Source of the DNA: Hemiscyllium ocellatum
Taxonomy: Eukaryota
DNA: 64,000 bases
Assembly (NCBI RefSeq): GCF_020745735.1
Contig: NC_083407.1
Span: 68,315,857-68,379,856, forward strand
Direction of reading: 5' to 3'
Part shown: positions 38,415 to 52,860 of the stretch, in pieces
Layout of the letters: each line of letters opens with the position of its first letter
How positions within the stretch are numbered: the stretch's first letter is position 1
The notes under the pieces: model-generated
The model's database searches: none
The model's input: the letters and a program-made list of their open reading frames with translations, nothing else
Told to the model about the DNA's origin: nothing
Translations under genes and position numbers: made by a program

Positions 38415-38510
38415 CACTTTTATGGGTCAGTCTGCCAGACGGTGTCTGTACATGTTCTCCAGATACTGGGGGCGCCATAACAAAGTTAAGGTCAAGTTAG
38501 TGTCTCTTTT
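38415..38510. promoter_or_regulatory. Candidate conserved element upstream of hoxd11 (possible RX equivalent)
   Basis: TTTTATGG AbdB/Cdx site, GGGGGCGCC and an AAGTTA-AGGTCA DR0-like site clustered within 90 bp. Confidence 0.45.
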
Positions 38511-41230
38511 TAGATTGCACAAGTCTAACATACCTACTGATCGTGGACTTTGCTTGACTAATGAGTTTTTTTCACATTCGAAATACTTAATGTTGCGTGC
38601 AGTTAGACAAAAACACAAAGAAGTCCTAATATTTTGCCTGGAACGTCAACGTGAAACAGCAATTCGTCGACTTGAAGAATTGCGTAAGAGAAAAATACGC
38701 CTACCAAACTTTCCTCGAACATCGCCTTTTGTTCCATGTAAGAGAGTGACGATACTAATTTATAAACTGTAAACCTCTTAGCTTGGTATGCCAGACTCGC
38801 CTCTGGTTCTTTGTCGATGTTAAGCAGCTTGTTAGGTATTTGTCCTCATTTAGTATTCAATACAGGCCGAACTGGTCATCTGAACACGAGATGAGAACAA
38901 AGAACACTTTTAATTCCTTTTCTCTTTTACAGCTTTTGCCACAGTACTGAACCGGATCTTTTAACACGTTGACTAATGTTATTTAATTGGCCAGTTCGTA
39001 CTAGTTTAGAAATGAGTTGGAGACCATTGCCGGCACATTTCATCTTTACAACCATTATATGGAACAATGAAAGTCAAATTATGACCGGAGCATACCTCAG
39101 CGAATTCCATGAAAAAACACACAATGATGTTATTATTTTTTTGTACAAAGGGAATATACATTCAAGAATCCATTTCGTTAAACACGTATTAATACATAAG
39201 CACAGAGGAATATATAAACTATGTGTTTCTCCTTTCAAATCATTGTGTAGGAATGATATTCGGCAAGCGGCCCTCGTTTCAATGTAACTTTACTGCATGG
39301 TGCGGTCTAAGTGACCAGAGGGGACATGATAATCAACTCAGTATAATTTAAGATTAACTACTATCATTATGTTACAAGAAGCAAAGACAACAATGTGTTT
39401 TTCGACCTCAACGACTGATGCAATACGATTTCATATACTTTATATTAACAGCCACTGGATGTCGCATTTTATAAAGGCGGCTGTAAGGTTGAAGCAAGAA
39501 TAAACGAATCGAAACTCAATGCATCTGTGGTTTCCAAATTTTAATTTGAATTAAAACTTTAGAAAAAAAAATATTCCTCCAAGCAATTATTCCGTTTAGA
39601 ATCAATGATATTTATGTTTTCATTGTATTTTCATTTGGGTTTATCCTCAGAGTACTCCAGTTGATTACAACAGAATTTCGAACTAATTGGCAAATAGATA
39701 CAATATAAGCCGTGTATTTGGAACTGACCAAAGGAAAAAGCGATTAGAAACATCCATCCTGCTTGGTCGTACGCGATAAATGTTATGATAGATCATGACA
39801 AGTATTATTTAACGAGTTAATAAACGTAAATTAGAACATGAGTAGATATTCTCTCTAATTATTTTTCTCTCAGCGCACTTTTCCCCTCTTTAAATCAATT
39901 CGCATTTAACAGTTACACTTAAGTATTCGCTTCGATGTCCTTCGCTTGACTGGCCTTCACGTAAAAGGACAGAAGACAATTTTCATTTGCAGATTCAAGC
40001 ACTTTTCTTTCATCCAAGTCAACCTCTTGGTTGGTAAGGTTGCATATACTAGGCTCTGTAAATGGGAAAGAATACGGAATAACAAGACAAATTGCTAGTT
40101 TTAATTCCCGGCCTACAAAAAGCCATCTCCAGCTTCTGCGTGCAACTTCCATCGGTGGGTTTTAACCACGAATATAATGAGTTGAAATGCAGTAAAGATT
40201 TTACACAATGATCAAGCCTGATGTTTTAGAAATGATCACAGTGTTGCGGCAAGGAATAATCTTAATATTATGGCGCAACCGTATTCTGAAATAATTATAA
40301 AGTGTTGCCGCAACCCACAAGGCAACAAACTTCAAAATCTGATTCAGTTTACATATTTATGATTCATAGCTAACAACACTTTAAAATGATCGGGTCATTG
40401 GATGGTCATTTTGTGCGATATAAGTTACAGCATTTATAACCCCTATTCTAAATATCTGATAAATGTAAGCTCAACAGTAGATAACGATTTTATTATTTGC
40501 TAACTCGATTTTACCCAGGAAAAACACGTCTTTCAAAATAAAAATGATAAAATGGTGGTATTGTCTATCGCTATAATAGACATTTTTCACTTAATCTCTT
40601 ACCATGAGACACATGTCGAAAATTCTATTACCACGCCAACCTGATCACGCAGTTGAGTTTAAACTGCGTGTTGTGCTTTTGTGAACGGCCAAAATCCAGC
40701 TTGGAAATCTTCTTAGTTATTTGTGACAGACAATTGTTTTTGCATTTTAAAAATATCAGAATCTGCCTTGGCCCTATTTGGGAGATCGTGACCTCAACAG
40801 TTAATGAAACATCGCAGATGTTTTTGAAGTTTCCAAATATAGAAAGGTATCTGTGACAGACTGTGGTGTGTAAATTAAATTATTTTGTTACAGTGTTTGC
40901 TTTATCCTTAGTCACAAGGCAAATCTTTGGCACTACGAGTTAAACGAGCTACCTCGCCGACACTGAAAGCCGATAGGTTAATTTCGAGAGTAATACCTTC
41001 GAGTTGCAAAGGATGGATCTTAATGACCAAAACTGATCTATGGTAATTCCGACAGTGGATCACATGACTCGTTTGCCCTTAGAATCAATCAGGATGAATT
41101 GCACGTCAGCTTGCGTTTCCAATTTTTTTCTTTCGCGGACCCTGTTCGTCGGTTTTTAGAGGAGAATACATGGAGCATGTTTAACATCATCGATCCTGAT
41201 CATTTGGGCTCACAACTCCGAAAACAAAAT

Positions 41231-41834
41231 ATGACAGAGTTTGAAGACCGTGGTAGCTGCGCCTCCAGCATGTATTTGCCCAGCTGCACGTACTATGTTT
41301 CAGCCCCAGATTTCTCGTCAGTATCAACATTTTTACCGCAGAGCACTACTTGCCAAATGACATTTCCTTACTCCTCTAATTTAACCCAGGTTCAACCTGT
41401 CCGAGAGGTGTCGTTCAGAGATTACGGGTTAGAACATTCAACTAAATGGCATTATAGGAGCAATTATTCCCCTTACTGTTCTGCAGAAGAAATAATGCAT
41501 AGGGACTATATCCAACCACCGACCAGGACGGGAATGCTGTTTAAAAATGATCCTGTATACAGCCAGCGTGCAGGCTCAAATCCATCTTGCAATTTCTACA
41601 CGGCAGTGGGGAGGAATGGAATACTTCCTCAAGGCTTTGATCAGTTTTTTGAGACAGCTTATGGGATTTCTGACTGCTCGAACTATGAACAGTTAAGTGA
41701 AAAGTCTGGGGCGATGCACAGGACCATCACAGCATCTGACAAATTTTCTTCCGGCCCGGAGAAAGAAAGTACAACCGGAAAAAACACCGTCGACTCCTCC
41801 ACTAACATCGGGGCCGAGAAAAGCAGCCTATCTG
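41231..41834 (+). CDS. hoxd11: Homeobox D11, exon 1 (upstream in-frame ATG at 41177)
   Basis: Contains [38 protein letters not shown] and [19 protein letters not shown]; phase-1 donor TCT G|gtaggt. Confidence 0.95.
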
Positions 41835-42404
41835 GTAGGTGCCGTATGAACGCGGGGTTGGAATACAGGGCCAACACATTTTGTCTCACAGATTTTATGT
41901 GAAATTTTATAAGCAGACGAAGGATTTTATATACCCTATAAGATCTGTTTTAAAGTTGTAAAGATTGTTTACGACGGGAAATCGGTTTAGGTGGGCTTCG
42001 TGAATATGAAAAATCACCAATTGTCCATTTTACCATTATAAAACGATTTCGGTAATATCATTGTGATTTGACCAAATAGTTTATTTCGCGCTTCAATTGA
42101 TTACTAGTGCATTTTTGTTCCATACTAACAAGGCGTGGTTGCATTTATGTGTCTCCTCCTGCTATTGTCGCTTTCAATGGAAATATAACGGAAATCAAAT
42201 TTCAGAAAGTGGAAGCGTAATTAAGTGCATTCATTTTTTAAAAATGTATCAGACAATAAATATTGAAATCAGGACGTAATAGATATGCTGAACTATGAGC
42301 GTTATGTACATGCTTTGATATCGAATTTAAGTGCAAGAGTTTAAGAGCGCGTCTGTTTGGATATGGTCGTTTGTAACGTTATATTTAAAACCTACTTCCA
42401 TCAG

Positions 42405-42637
42405 GCCCCCTGCGATGCAGAAAGAAGAGATGCCCTTATACCAAATACCAAATCCGGGAACTTGAACGAGAATTTTTCTTCAACGTTTACATAAACAAAG
42501 AGAAACGCTTACAGTTATCGAGAATGTTAAATCTTACCGATCGACAAGTCAAAATTTGGTTCCAGAATCGAAGAATGAAAGAAAAGAAACTCAGCAGAGA
42601 CCGACTGCACTTTTTTACTGCCAATCCTTTATTGTGA
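42405..42637 (+). CDS. hoxd11: Homeobox D11, exon 2
   Basis: Acceptor catcag|GC. Encodes [72 protein letters not shown]. Not in the ORF track because it has no start codon. Confidence 0.97.
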
Positions 42638-44159
42638 CTGTGATACAATTTACTTTGTGGATTATCTTCCAGCAATCCCCCTTTGCCTTAGTCAATATTT
42701 ATTTACAGAAGGAGTGACTGCAAGGACGAGAGGATAATTTTGTTGTTCTTACGCGGAGAAAAAAAAACTGTCCTTACTACGATCGATGTAACTTCGGATC
42801 TAAGGTGACACGGTTGTGCGGGAACCATGGCCGTAACGTGTGTTAGAGAACATTCTTACCTCAGTATTTGGGTTATTCAGTTCCAACCGAAGAATTTAAA
42901 CAAAAAACCGGGGGAATAGAGGGCTGAAATGGAGCAATCTTTCGTTCAAAGCGATAGGTCAATCAGATAATATAGTATTTTTTATTTGCGTTATAGTCAC
43001 TGTGCAGCTAGACTAACCATACTCAAGCTGTGTGTATCCTCATTATAAAAAAATCCATATTTATTAGTTTACTTTTTCCATTGTATTTCTTTAAGTAATT
43101 AAACAAAACTATAGCTAGAGATGTCTAACGCTGTTGTAATGATAATTTTGTTTTAAGGTTACAAACTAATTGACATATCATGGTAAATGCATGTGTTAAA
43201 ATGTGTTTTGTCTCAAATGAATAAAAGCCTTATAAAAATCTTATCAATAAAGCTTTTTTAATGAATAGATGGCTAGAGTTTGCTGAACAGTCTTAGTTGT
43301 CCCAGGAAAAAAAAACAAATATTGTTTATCTATGAAATACAGTACAGTACAATTTGTTGCAAAGGCCAAAGTTATGCGGTTGTTGGCAATTTGAAATATA
43401 CCAGGTGGTGCCTGAAATGCTGGGCCTTTCCAGCATTCTTAATTGTTTATTTTGCAAATTAATGTCCGACTCATAGATTGTGCCTTCCTGCGAATTGTTT
43501 TGTTTAAAATGAAACGCAGAATATTTACTTTGTGGTTTGCTTGTAAACATGATAGTTAATTACAATTTTTTGTATCCATAATTGGATTAAATGTGTTTTG
43601 GTTTGGGGATAAACTGATAAATTTCATTTTCTTGTACAGAACGTCAACAGCAAAGCATTTTTAAAAAGAAGCTGAATCCTAATTTGAGGTGCATTTAAAT
43701 GTATAAACACATCAGTGTCTCAGTGACAAAGAAGTGAGCAAGACTTCTCAAAACTTTTACGTTTTCTTTCGAAAAGGACTTGCCAAGTTTCCGTGCCGCA
43801 TGACATAGCATTGCTGTTTACAAAACCTTGAACTGTCTAGACAACATCGTAAAGTTAACCGCTCTAACCAGCTTAATGGCGACTTATTACACCTTCTACT
43901 CACGAAGGAAAGGTCCCGCACGACAGAGCAAACAAAAGAAAAGAAAGAAATCAAAGAAAATAGATTTAAAAAGAAGGAAAATACAAAAGCAATTGAGTTT
44001 ATAACGTCCATCATATGAAAAAGTTTTTTTTAAAGCTGGATCTCAGATAAGATCCATCAAACATATTGGTTGGACTTAATTCAGATTCGAATGAAACTGA
44101 AAAAGTCGCATCTGTTCGTGGGTATGTCGAAGTATGCTTCGCAAAGAGAATTCGTATAA

Positions 44160-44240
44160 TGTTGCCTTTGAACTTCTATAATGTCAAGGTCGTCACCTTT
44201 AACCTTTTGGAAGACAGAGGCGCCTGGTGGCTGTTGGGTT
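44160..44240. promoter_or_regulatory. Nuclear-receptor site cluster 3' of hoxd11 (candidate RIX equivalent)
   Basis: TGCCTTTGAACT, ATGTCAAGGTCG and CACCTTTAACCT half-site pairs within 50 bp. The position matches the mouse Hoxd11 regulatory regions VIII/IX. Confidence 0.5.
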
Positions 44241-44759
44241 GTTCTTACAGCTTCCCTCCTAAAGACAAAAGCTTCAACATGTTACTATACCATGTTATAC
44301 TAAAGTGCGCATGCTGAAGATCAACGTGAAAAATCAGTTTTCCTTATCTCTATTGTAGATGAGTAGTTGTGCTTTCTAAAAGTTGCATTCAATAATGCAC
44401 ACTTAGGTCTTTTGTGCAACATTATTAAATATGAAGGTTCCTTTGTTCTTCTATGCTTAGCCGTTAAGAGCAGCATCTTTCCATATAGGCTATTCTCATG
44501 CAAGCTGAACTGGTCAAAAATCTTCATCATGCGTCCACACACTATACCAATCAGCCACGAGTGTTTCGGTTTCCATGGAAATGTGGGAGAATATAATTTA
44601 CGTTTCAATAGAATTTTCGCAGCAATCATTGCCATTCTACTTTCTCTGTATCTATATAACACACGGTACTGTTCTAAGCATAATTTTACTATCTGAATAT
44701 TTTACTTAAAGTGCCATAGCATATATAATTTAATTAGGCTCATTAAAAAATGTCAAAAC

Positions 44760-44830
44760 AGCGAGGCTAGTTTACAATGATTGCCAGGACAGTTAGTTCT
44801 GCAAATGGCCACACGGCGGCGCGCTGTAGC
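44760..44830 (+). promoter_or_regulatory. Candidate RVIII-like element with a CTCF-like motif
   Basis: TGGCCACACGGCGGCGC (44806-44822) resembles the CTCF core and is a GC-rich spot in AT-rich DNA. Confidence 0.5.
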
Positions 44831-47800
44831 TCTACTGTTTAGTCCAGACCCCCAATATATTGATAACGGCTTTCGGGGATGAATAGGAAATGAACTGAAA
44901 TAATATCAGTATTCCAACTGATTAAGTTATCCTTGTTTCTGTCATGTATCTGGAACATCGTGTCGAAGTTTGAGATTAAATGCAAGTGGGTTCAGTGCAA
45001 TCGTAAGTTTGTTTACTGTTGGCGTCAAAAATTAAGGCGAAACTTTTTTTTTACATCGTAGTGAGTCCCGAATAAGTAAAACCAATTTGCCAATTGCATT
45101 ATTTGGAAAGTTTTTAAAAAACTTTCATTCGGTATATTCGCTTAAGTTTGTTGATCGAAGTTATTGAGCCAAGTTACAATGTAATGGAACAGAGCCAAAC
45201 GCAAACATGCAACACAAGGATTATATCCGAGTTGATACATTATTCTCTAAAAATCAAGCCAACAAAGTGAATGCGGAAAAGAACGGAGAGGATAGAATGC
45301 AATTAGGTTGGGAAATTATGCGAAACAATGTACCAATAAGTGAAAATGATAAAATCAAACAGCCAACGTTATGAAAATTACTAAATAGTTACGTTTACTT
45401 TCTGGCGATGTGGTCGATTTAAATGGCAGCACAGCATCTGAATCATTTCCTTCTCAATACCGCATTCCTCCTTGTAACGTCTGCACAATCCAGACAGTTT
45501 TAGCGGGGTTTTGAAATGAATAATGTTGGATAGTCAAGCGATATTTCAGGCAATACATTTCATCTCAATACTGACTTAGGTTTCACCACTGATTTCCAGT
45601 TCTTAAAATGACTAAGGAACGCTGTTTCCATTCTTGCTGTCTATTAAATTGCTACCTTCTTTTGTAGAAGCGAAAAACGGAATCTTTAAGGAGTGTCTAT
45701 TTCAAGGAAAAAATCAATAACGACAGCATTTTCTCAGAGCTGGTAACAAGAAATATCTGGCGGCAATTCTTTTATGAACAATTAAAGTGGAATAAAAATA
45801 AGCATCATTTCCCAGTCTAATGGTAGTGTATCCTCTCCTTTTGTTCCACATTCACAGTGATAGTTGAGTTGTTACCCAACCCAACACCCCAGAATACGTA
45901 ATCAGCAGAATATTCATTTCTCTTTTATGATGAGCTGTTTTTAGCATTTTGCAATAATTCTACTGTGCGGCAGGAAATAATGCGTAATGTCCTGTAAAAC
46001 AGACTGAATCCTTTCTAAATTGTCAAAGTGGTTGATCGCAGTACCCGTGATAGTCACTAATTCCCTTTCCAACGCTATTAATGCTTGCTTAATTAGTAAG
46101 TTATTTTGACTTACATGTCCTATTTGTCTAAAAGGAAGTTTCAGAAGAAGAGTTAACTTCCTGATTGTGGAAAGGCTAGTTTATTCACAGTTGGCCACTA
46201 TATTCTCGTCAGTTCAGTACTTTAGCCAAATTGTGCGAGAAAAAATTGTTTTGCACTTATCTATGTAATGTATGTTTATGACCGAAAAGTGTTTTGAAAA
46301 GGAAATGTTTACCTGTCCAATTATTTTACACGATGGTGACATCATGTTATTCTACTCAGATAAACCGCGTTGAGCATGCTAATATTCCGAGACGTTGAAA
46401 TGTTTCTTGATACATATGGTGGCTACTGATAGTAGAAACGCAATAGTTTATTTAATGTGACAAGGAGTGAATTGATTTTAATATGTGGCACTCAGTTGCT
46501 AGTCGTTCGCAATTTGTAGTCGGACATAATTAATGCGGCAATTGTATTCAATATAATTTGGCTTTCACTCACAATTTAACAGAAAACGCTCCTAACCCAA
46601 AATATTTCCGAAGTATTTACAAGTAACATGAGAAGGTTTTTTTTAAAAATCAACAGCGGTGACAAACTAATATAGGACGAGGTAAGCTTCAGTACGCATT
46701 TTAGCTGGATATTAATGAACTATTTCGGCTAAAGAGTATAGCTTATTTCAATCTTTGTTACATTTATCTGTCAACCATTAAAAACAGCTCAAGCTGAAAT
46801 TAATAGCAGGCGCGTCACGTTAATAATCTTGCATTTTGAGTTCTGAGCGTGGCAAAACGGTCAAAAGATTCAAGGTGAAAGTGAAGGTACAAACGGCTGG
46901 CGGTTTCATGGTCACAAGACCATGCCAGTTTAGGCTAGTGGGAAGCCTGAAAGGAGAAATGTGAGCCTCCATCAAAGCACAGGGCCAACAGCTTGGTTAA
47001 CGGTACAAGAAAAAACAGAAACAAATCGGTCAATCAAAACACCCACACTGCAAAGATTTAAAAATTATACAGCCAACTTTTTTCGAACTTAACTGTTCTT
47101 TCTATTGTTTTGACAATAAAGTTGTTGTTGGCATGTGTCTGTACGGAAGGGAACTGTTGCTTTCTGCAATGTTGCAAGCGGTGCAAATGCAATAATGCAG
47201 CCTTCATGTTCCTGTTTAAATCTAGCATTCAATACACTTGCCTTATACACAGTCCTTCCAGCAAATCACATCCCACATTGGCGCTTTAATGCATTACGAG
47301 GTTTTAATTAAGCTCCATCATTAGACTTAATTTAGGGAGGATTGTGCGTAACATTTCTCCCATAAACAGCTTATAACTACGTTATTAAACATTGAAGTAT
47401 CGTTCGGAGACTAATCAGTCAATTCACTGTCTAGGTTCTATCAATATAACCTTTCCTACACTAAAACCCAGCTCTGCATGAGTTCAGTGTACTCTCATGA
47501 TAACTGTATTTGTAATCTTTTCCCCTGCATACCAGGAAACTCTATAGTTCAAAGATTTCATAGCCGTTAATTCCTGCGTGTCTACAGTCGTAATATTTTA
47601 TGAGTTTTTTTTATCATACTAGGGAATCTTATGATATAGGTTTACAAACTAATCATTTTATTTGAGTACATTGAAATGAACAATTATAGTATATCATAGA
47701 GGACCGCTTGATACAATTAAATTATTTTGTTTACTTGACATGCAATCCTGGCAATTGCTGCAGTGTAATAGTAAGGCTTGGTTCATGATAACCAGCGATA

Positions 47801-50800
47801 ATACTTTGCTTTGCTTTATATAAGAATATTAACACAACCAACAACAGACTATTGTGAATAAATAATATTGTAAATGTAGGCGAAAATGTTAAAGTGGTTT
47901 TGCAGATTTAGTAATTTCCTGCTTAGCAATTTGATAAATGGACGCATAAATACAAACGCATTACGGCAAAGACTTACGAAATAATATTACTAATTAATGT
48001 TGCTTTTAACATAGCCGGTATAATGCGACGGCAAATGTAAGGTGCCAATGAATGGGCTGCACAAGTTGCTGACACTGAGCTGAGGATACTGTAGTAAATG
48101 AAAAAGAGACTTCCTGGTGAAAACACTTTGAGCTATGCGTTACTCATTCAAATATAACACTATTTTCTGATTGCTGTTCAGTTTTGAGATAATAATTTGG
48201 ATATAAATACCAGTTCTGTATTGTGCAGGCCTCAGGACCCCGAGAATTCTCTCGTTCAAGGCCGCAAGAAATATTTGTCTGCATCGGGCCTTGTCTTTCT
48301 TACTTCCTAAGTCACCATCCCTAGGCGTTTTGCTTTTCGTCGCTTACAAAATCACAATTGGTTTGACTTTGTTCACCATGAATTCGAATCTTATTTATAT
48401 TATGAGGAGGTGTATTGTAATAAAGGCACACTGTTGGCTCTCGTTCAACAATTCCTTGTATACATAAACAAACCATCCAGCTTAGCCTATTGCTCCCAGC
48501 AGTTGTTGAATCATCATATTACTCCAGATACAGTCGCTGTATTCATTATAAATAGTGACTGTGAAATGTTATTTTACTTGGAGACAAACTGTATTCACGT
48601 TTACACTAATCAGGCGTTATGGTTTTCCGTTATGATATTTGACGAGGGTAAAAATAATGCCAAAATAAGTGCACCAAGTGTTTTATTTTCCAGTTTATAT
48701 ATATATTTAAGCATGTTACAAAATCATTCTAAAACACCCAAAACAACAACTGGTTTCCCTTACCCTACTACTCCTGGCCTTGCCTGAAGGATTAGTTTTG
48801 CTTCAATCCATACCAACTCCCATTTTAATTCAGACGGCGAATTAACTAATAAGAGCATTGTTATTGATGTCTCATTGATTCAAATAGTTGCATTACATAC
48901 TCTGTCTTATCGCGCGTCTCTTAAGTTATTCTTTCAGTTCTGCTGAATGATTTCACGCAGAAAAAATACAGTTGAAGAACATTCAAAGCCAAGTTGTTGC
49001 CTTTTGCTCACACAAGATTAGGTGTTAAGAACCGAATTGTGATTTATTTGGAATGAATAAGATTCAGATAATTATGTATAACTTGAAATATTAATTGATT
49101 GCAATGATTTGTATGTGCGACGCAACATCAAGGCATAGTGTACGAAGTTATGGTTTAGAATCGGTGCTCGCTTCAACTGAGCCTAAAACTTACCAGTGCA
49201 CGGCGCCTGAAAGTTAACCGTACAGATTTGGATCACAAAGCCTATCAAATCAAAAATGACGTTGTAAAATAAAGAGCCGCAAATAATCTACGGAAATGGC
49301 CTTATATTCTCTTCAACATGACTTACAATTCCCGCAGGTATTTATACGTCTTCTTGTTCATTTTGAATATCTGTAGAATGTTTGAAGTTTAATTTAGGCT
49401 AACATTCGCAAAATCCGACAACATTTTCAACAGTACATTTGCATCCCAAAAGAAGTAGAGAGGAACCGTGACAGCCTTGACCCTGACACTGTCCCCTTTC
49501 CTGTTCGTCTTGCTGAGAAGAAAATCTCGTCGGCTCTGTGTGTACTTCCCATAGCTGCTCCATAGCTGATGCCCATCGTGGTTTACATTATCTTGAATTC
49601 CAAAGGATTCACCCATGACCGGAAGTAGGTATGTACTGTTAAACAGCAAATTTTCTCCAGTTGGAGAGTTCTGAAAAATAGCTGCAAGCGGTGTTAACAC
49701 AGTTCTGCAACTCCATCAACAAGAGGAATCCCGAAAATAACAAGCACTATCACTGCTGGCGCTGGGGAGAAAATACGGTGTGTGTCCTTCCGTTGTTTTT
49801 GGCGATGTTTTGGTTGTTGATTGTTGGAACATGTCCAATCTAGTTACCAACAGCTCAGCATAAACATGTGAGAGAATTAGAAAATTAAGATCTATTTTTA
49901 GGATAAGCTCGTTGAGACCAAACACTAGAAGCACCGACTAAATTTATACCCCCTAAATTAATAGCAAGGATCGCAAATCGTATTTTTGCTCAGCCAGTGT
50001 TGGAAGGTGTCTGTGCAAATGTTCAAATGCAATTACATTATAGAAGTGTTTGGCGTCAACATCTGAAAGCCTGCACTCTAGCTACCTTAATGGAAAGTAC
50101 AGAGCGTAAGATGTTTTACGGAAATTCAAATGTGGACTCTTATCGCCGCTGGTAAAGGTCAATTTTCGGAACTTACATTAGTTTTATTATACATCGAAAT
50201 GTTTTTCATGTTTTCCACTAATTATAATTGAATGCTATCCGGGAAAAAGTTGGACCAGTGAATGCAGATAAAAAAATACAAAAAAAATTCTTACACTGAT
50301 TTCACCAAATGTTTGGTTCACATCAGAGCAAGGTGCATGGTCTCTCGGTTTATATACATCTAAAAGCCGTGTTATGCACCATGCAAGCAATTGATGCACC
50401 GCCGGCCTCGCTGAAACTGCAAAAAACAATCAGATCAGAAACCTGCTATGTACACGTTTCATTTCGCCGACATTTTCAAACAAGGACTATGTTTTAATTT
50501 CCAAAGTCCAGAAATTACAGCGATTTTTTTCTTCTATCCTTTTCTTTCAGTTTATCGAAAACGAAATGATTGGATTTTAGCAGCACGATCATCACTGTTG
50601 TTTGAGGTAAGATTATACAATATGAGGAATGGCTTTGATGAAACGTTTGAGTCCTGGTCGGTGTGGGGATTAAATGAGCTGGAGTGGGTGCCGCTTTTGA
50701 AATGCTGTTGTAGGTGTCGCTGTTGTCCACAGTTAAGCTCAAATTCAACCGGTTGTGGATCATGTGATGTACGGGGAGGTAGTGCTTCAAGGCCATTTTC

Positions 50801-50923
50801 AAATTCCATTGGCCCAGTAGTCATGTGATTCTACCGAGGCATCCACAATTACACAGGGAATGTTTTGTTAGAGATGTCAGCTTACAAAGGACATCATCTG
50901 CCTCCTTCAAATTACTCTTCAAA

Positions 50924-51662
50924 ATGTCCTGCCCCAATAGCTCTCCCGCTACGAACTCGTTTTTAGTAGATTCCCTGATTAGTGCGTGTCGGGGTGACGG
51001 TTTCTATTCAAGCAGCTCTATGTACATGCCATCGAGCACGGATATGGGAACTTACGGAATGCAGACCTGTGGACTGCTCCCGACCATGACTAAACGAGGA
51101 GAGGTTAGCCATCAAAATATGAGCATCAGCGTTCATCCGTATATATCTCAGGTAGATGGCTGGCCTGATCATTCCAGACCATGCCGAATTGAACAACCTG
51201 TTACTCCACAGATGCCCACGTGCTCCTTCCCTGCTAGCATAAAGGAGGAAAGCACTTGCTGCATGTATAATTCAGATAAACGGGCGAAACTCAATCCGAC
51301 CGCAATCTCTACCTATCCCAGACTGGTGTCCGAAAACTGTTCGATTGAAAATCCTGAGATTCCCATCCCGGGATATTTCAGACTCTGTCAGGCTTATCCA
51401 TTGGAGAAAAGCCTGGATTATAGTCAAGCTGGGGAGATCCGTTCAAATGTAATGCCGCAGTCAAATCTAGGGCTTATCAGTAAACTCCAGGTATCCAACC
51501 AGTCACCAATGGAAGGGAAAATAAACGAGAAGCCAAATGCGCAGGAATCCATTAAGGGGATTTATGTGGAAACTCCTGAACCAAAGCCGAGTTTAGTGGA
51601 GGCCAGTGTACCCGTTGAGGAAGCCGAATCTGGCTCGGAACTGTCGGATAACGAGACTAAAG
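50924..51662 (+). CDS. hoxd10: Homeobox D10, exon 1
   Basis: Contains [23 protein letters not shown] and [13 protein letters not shown]; phase-1 donor AAA G|gtgagc. Confidence 0.96.
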
Positions 51663-52860
51663 GTGAGCATTTAAAACATTGACTGTGAACATGGTAACAT
51701 CGTACAGCCGATCCAAAAGCTTACATAGTCACTGCAATGCATAACTTTGTTAGAGCAGTATATTTGACTGGTTTATGTGTATTTCTGATCACCTATAATT
51801 ACAAACGAGAAAAAAGTCTGATAAATGTCGTATAAAAGGATAGCTTTATTTTATGACATGTTGGAAAATATGCTCCGTAATACTATTACATTGTTAATGA
51901 CGTAGCAAAAGCCAACAAATCATTTACAGATGTCAGTCTAACCTTGATAATTTCATTTTAGTGTTGCCATGTCTCCTAGTCCACTCCTAAGGTTCAACCC
52001 GAAAGTTTTAGCATCATGAACTACAAATATTAAGAATACCTATTTCTATATTTAGGGCCACAGTGCAAGCCCAGCCTTACTCACTCTGTTGTGAAAAGTA
52101 AGCTACTTCCACCATTTGCTGACTTGGAAAGATTCGATGGGAAAGTGCTAGTCGCAGTTAGAACGGTCATTTTCCCTGGTATAGTTTATGTTGGATATGT
52201 AACATATTACAATGAGATGTGATAGAAGTTTCATACTAAGAACGTGAAATATTGCTAGCACGTACAATCATAAATTCCAATTAACCTGCTCGATAAATGG
52301 CAGCGATAGTATGTTTAATAGACTAAGATTTACCTCAGGAATTATTGTCATAGCCACATAGGTTTGTACTGTCAGGATTTTGCAATCATTAAATTTACGT
52401 TATGAAGTTGAAAAACGACTTATTGGTGAAAAGCCTGTCGGTGCAACTAACCTACGTCTTTACATTTCATTCACAAGTAATAGTATTGCCTACTAATCAT
52501 ACATCGTACCTGAAGAATTGTCTGATTTCCGTGCACCTTTAATGCTCTGGTACATATTTTACAATTCGCAAAGAAAGCTACCCCAAAACCTGAGATATAA
52601 TAATCTTTGTCAATATCTAAAGGATTTTAAAGAAAATTTCCTTGCGTTAATAAGAGATTCGATCTTTGGATTACCCCAAATTGTGTGTTTATTTGTTTTC
52701 TCTATTTGGCAACAAGCGAAGAACGTGCAGAGGTTTGCTGCGCTGTGTATGACTTAAGATGTCAGGATTATGTTCAACCGTACTGTTTGGGTTTTGCTTG
52801 AATTATTCTGTTAAAGACATGTTCGCTAAAATCTCATTTCTTATTTCTTATTTCTGCTAG

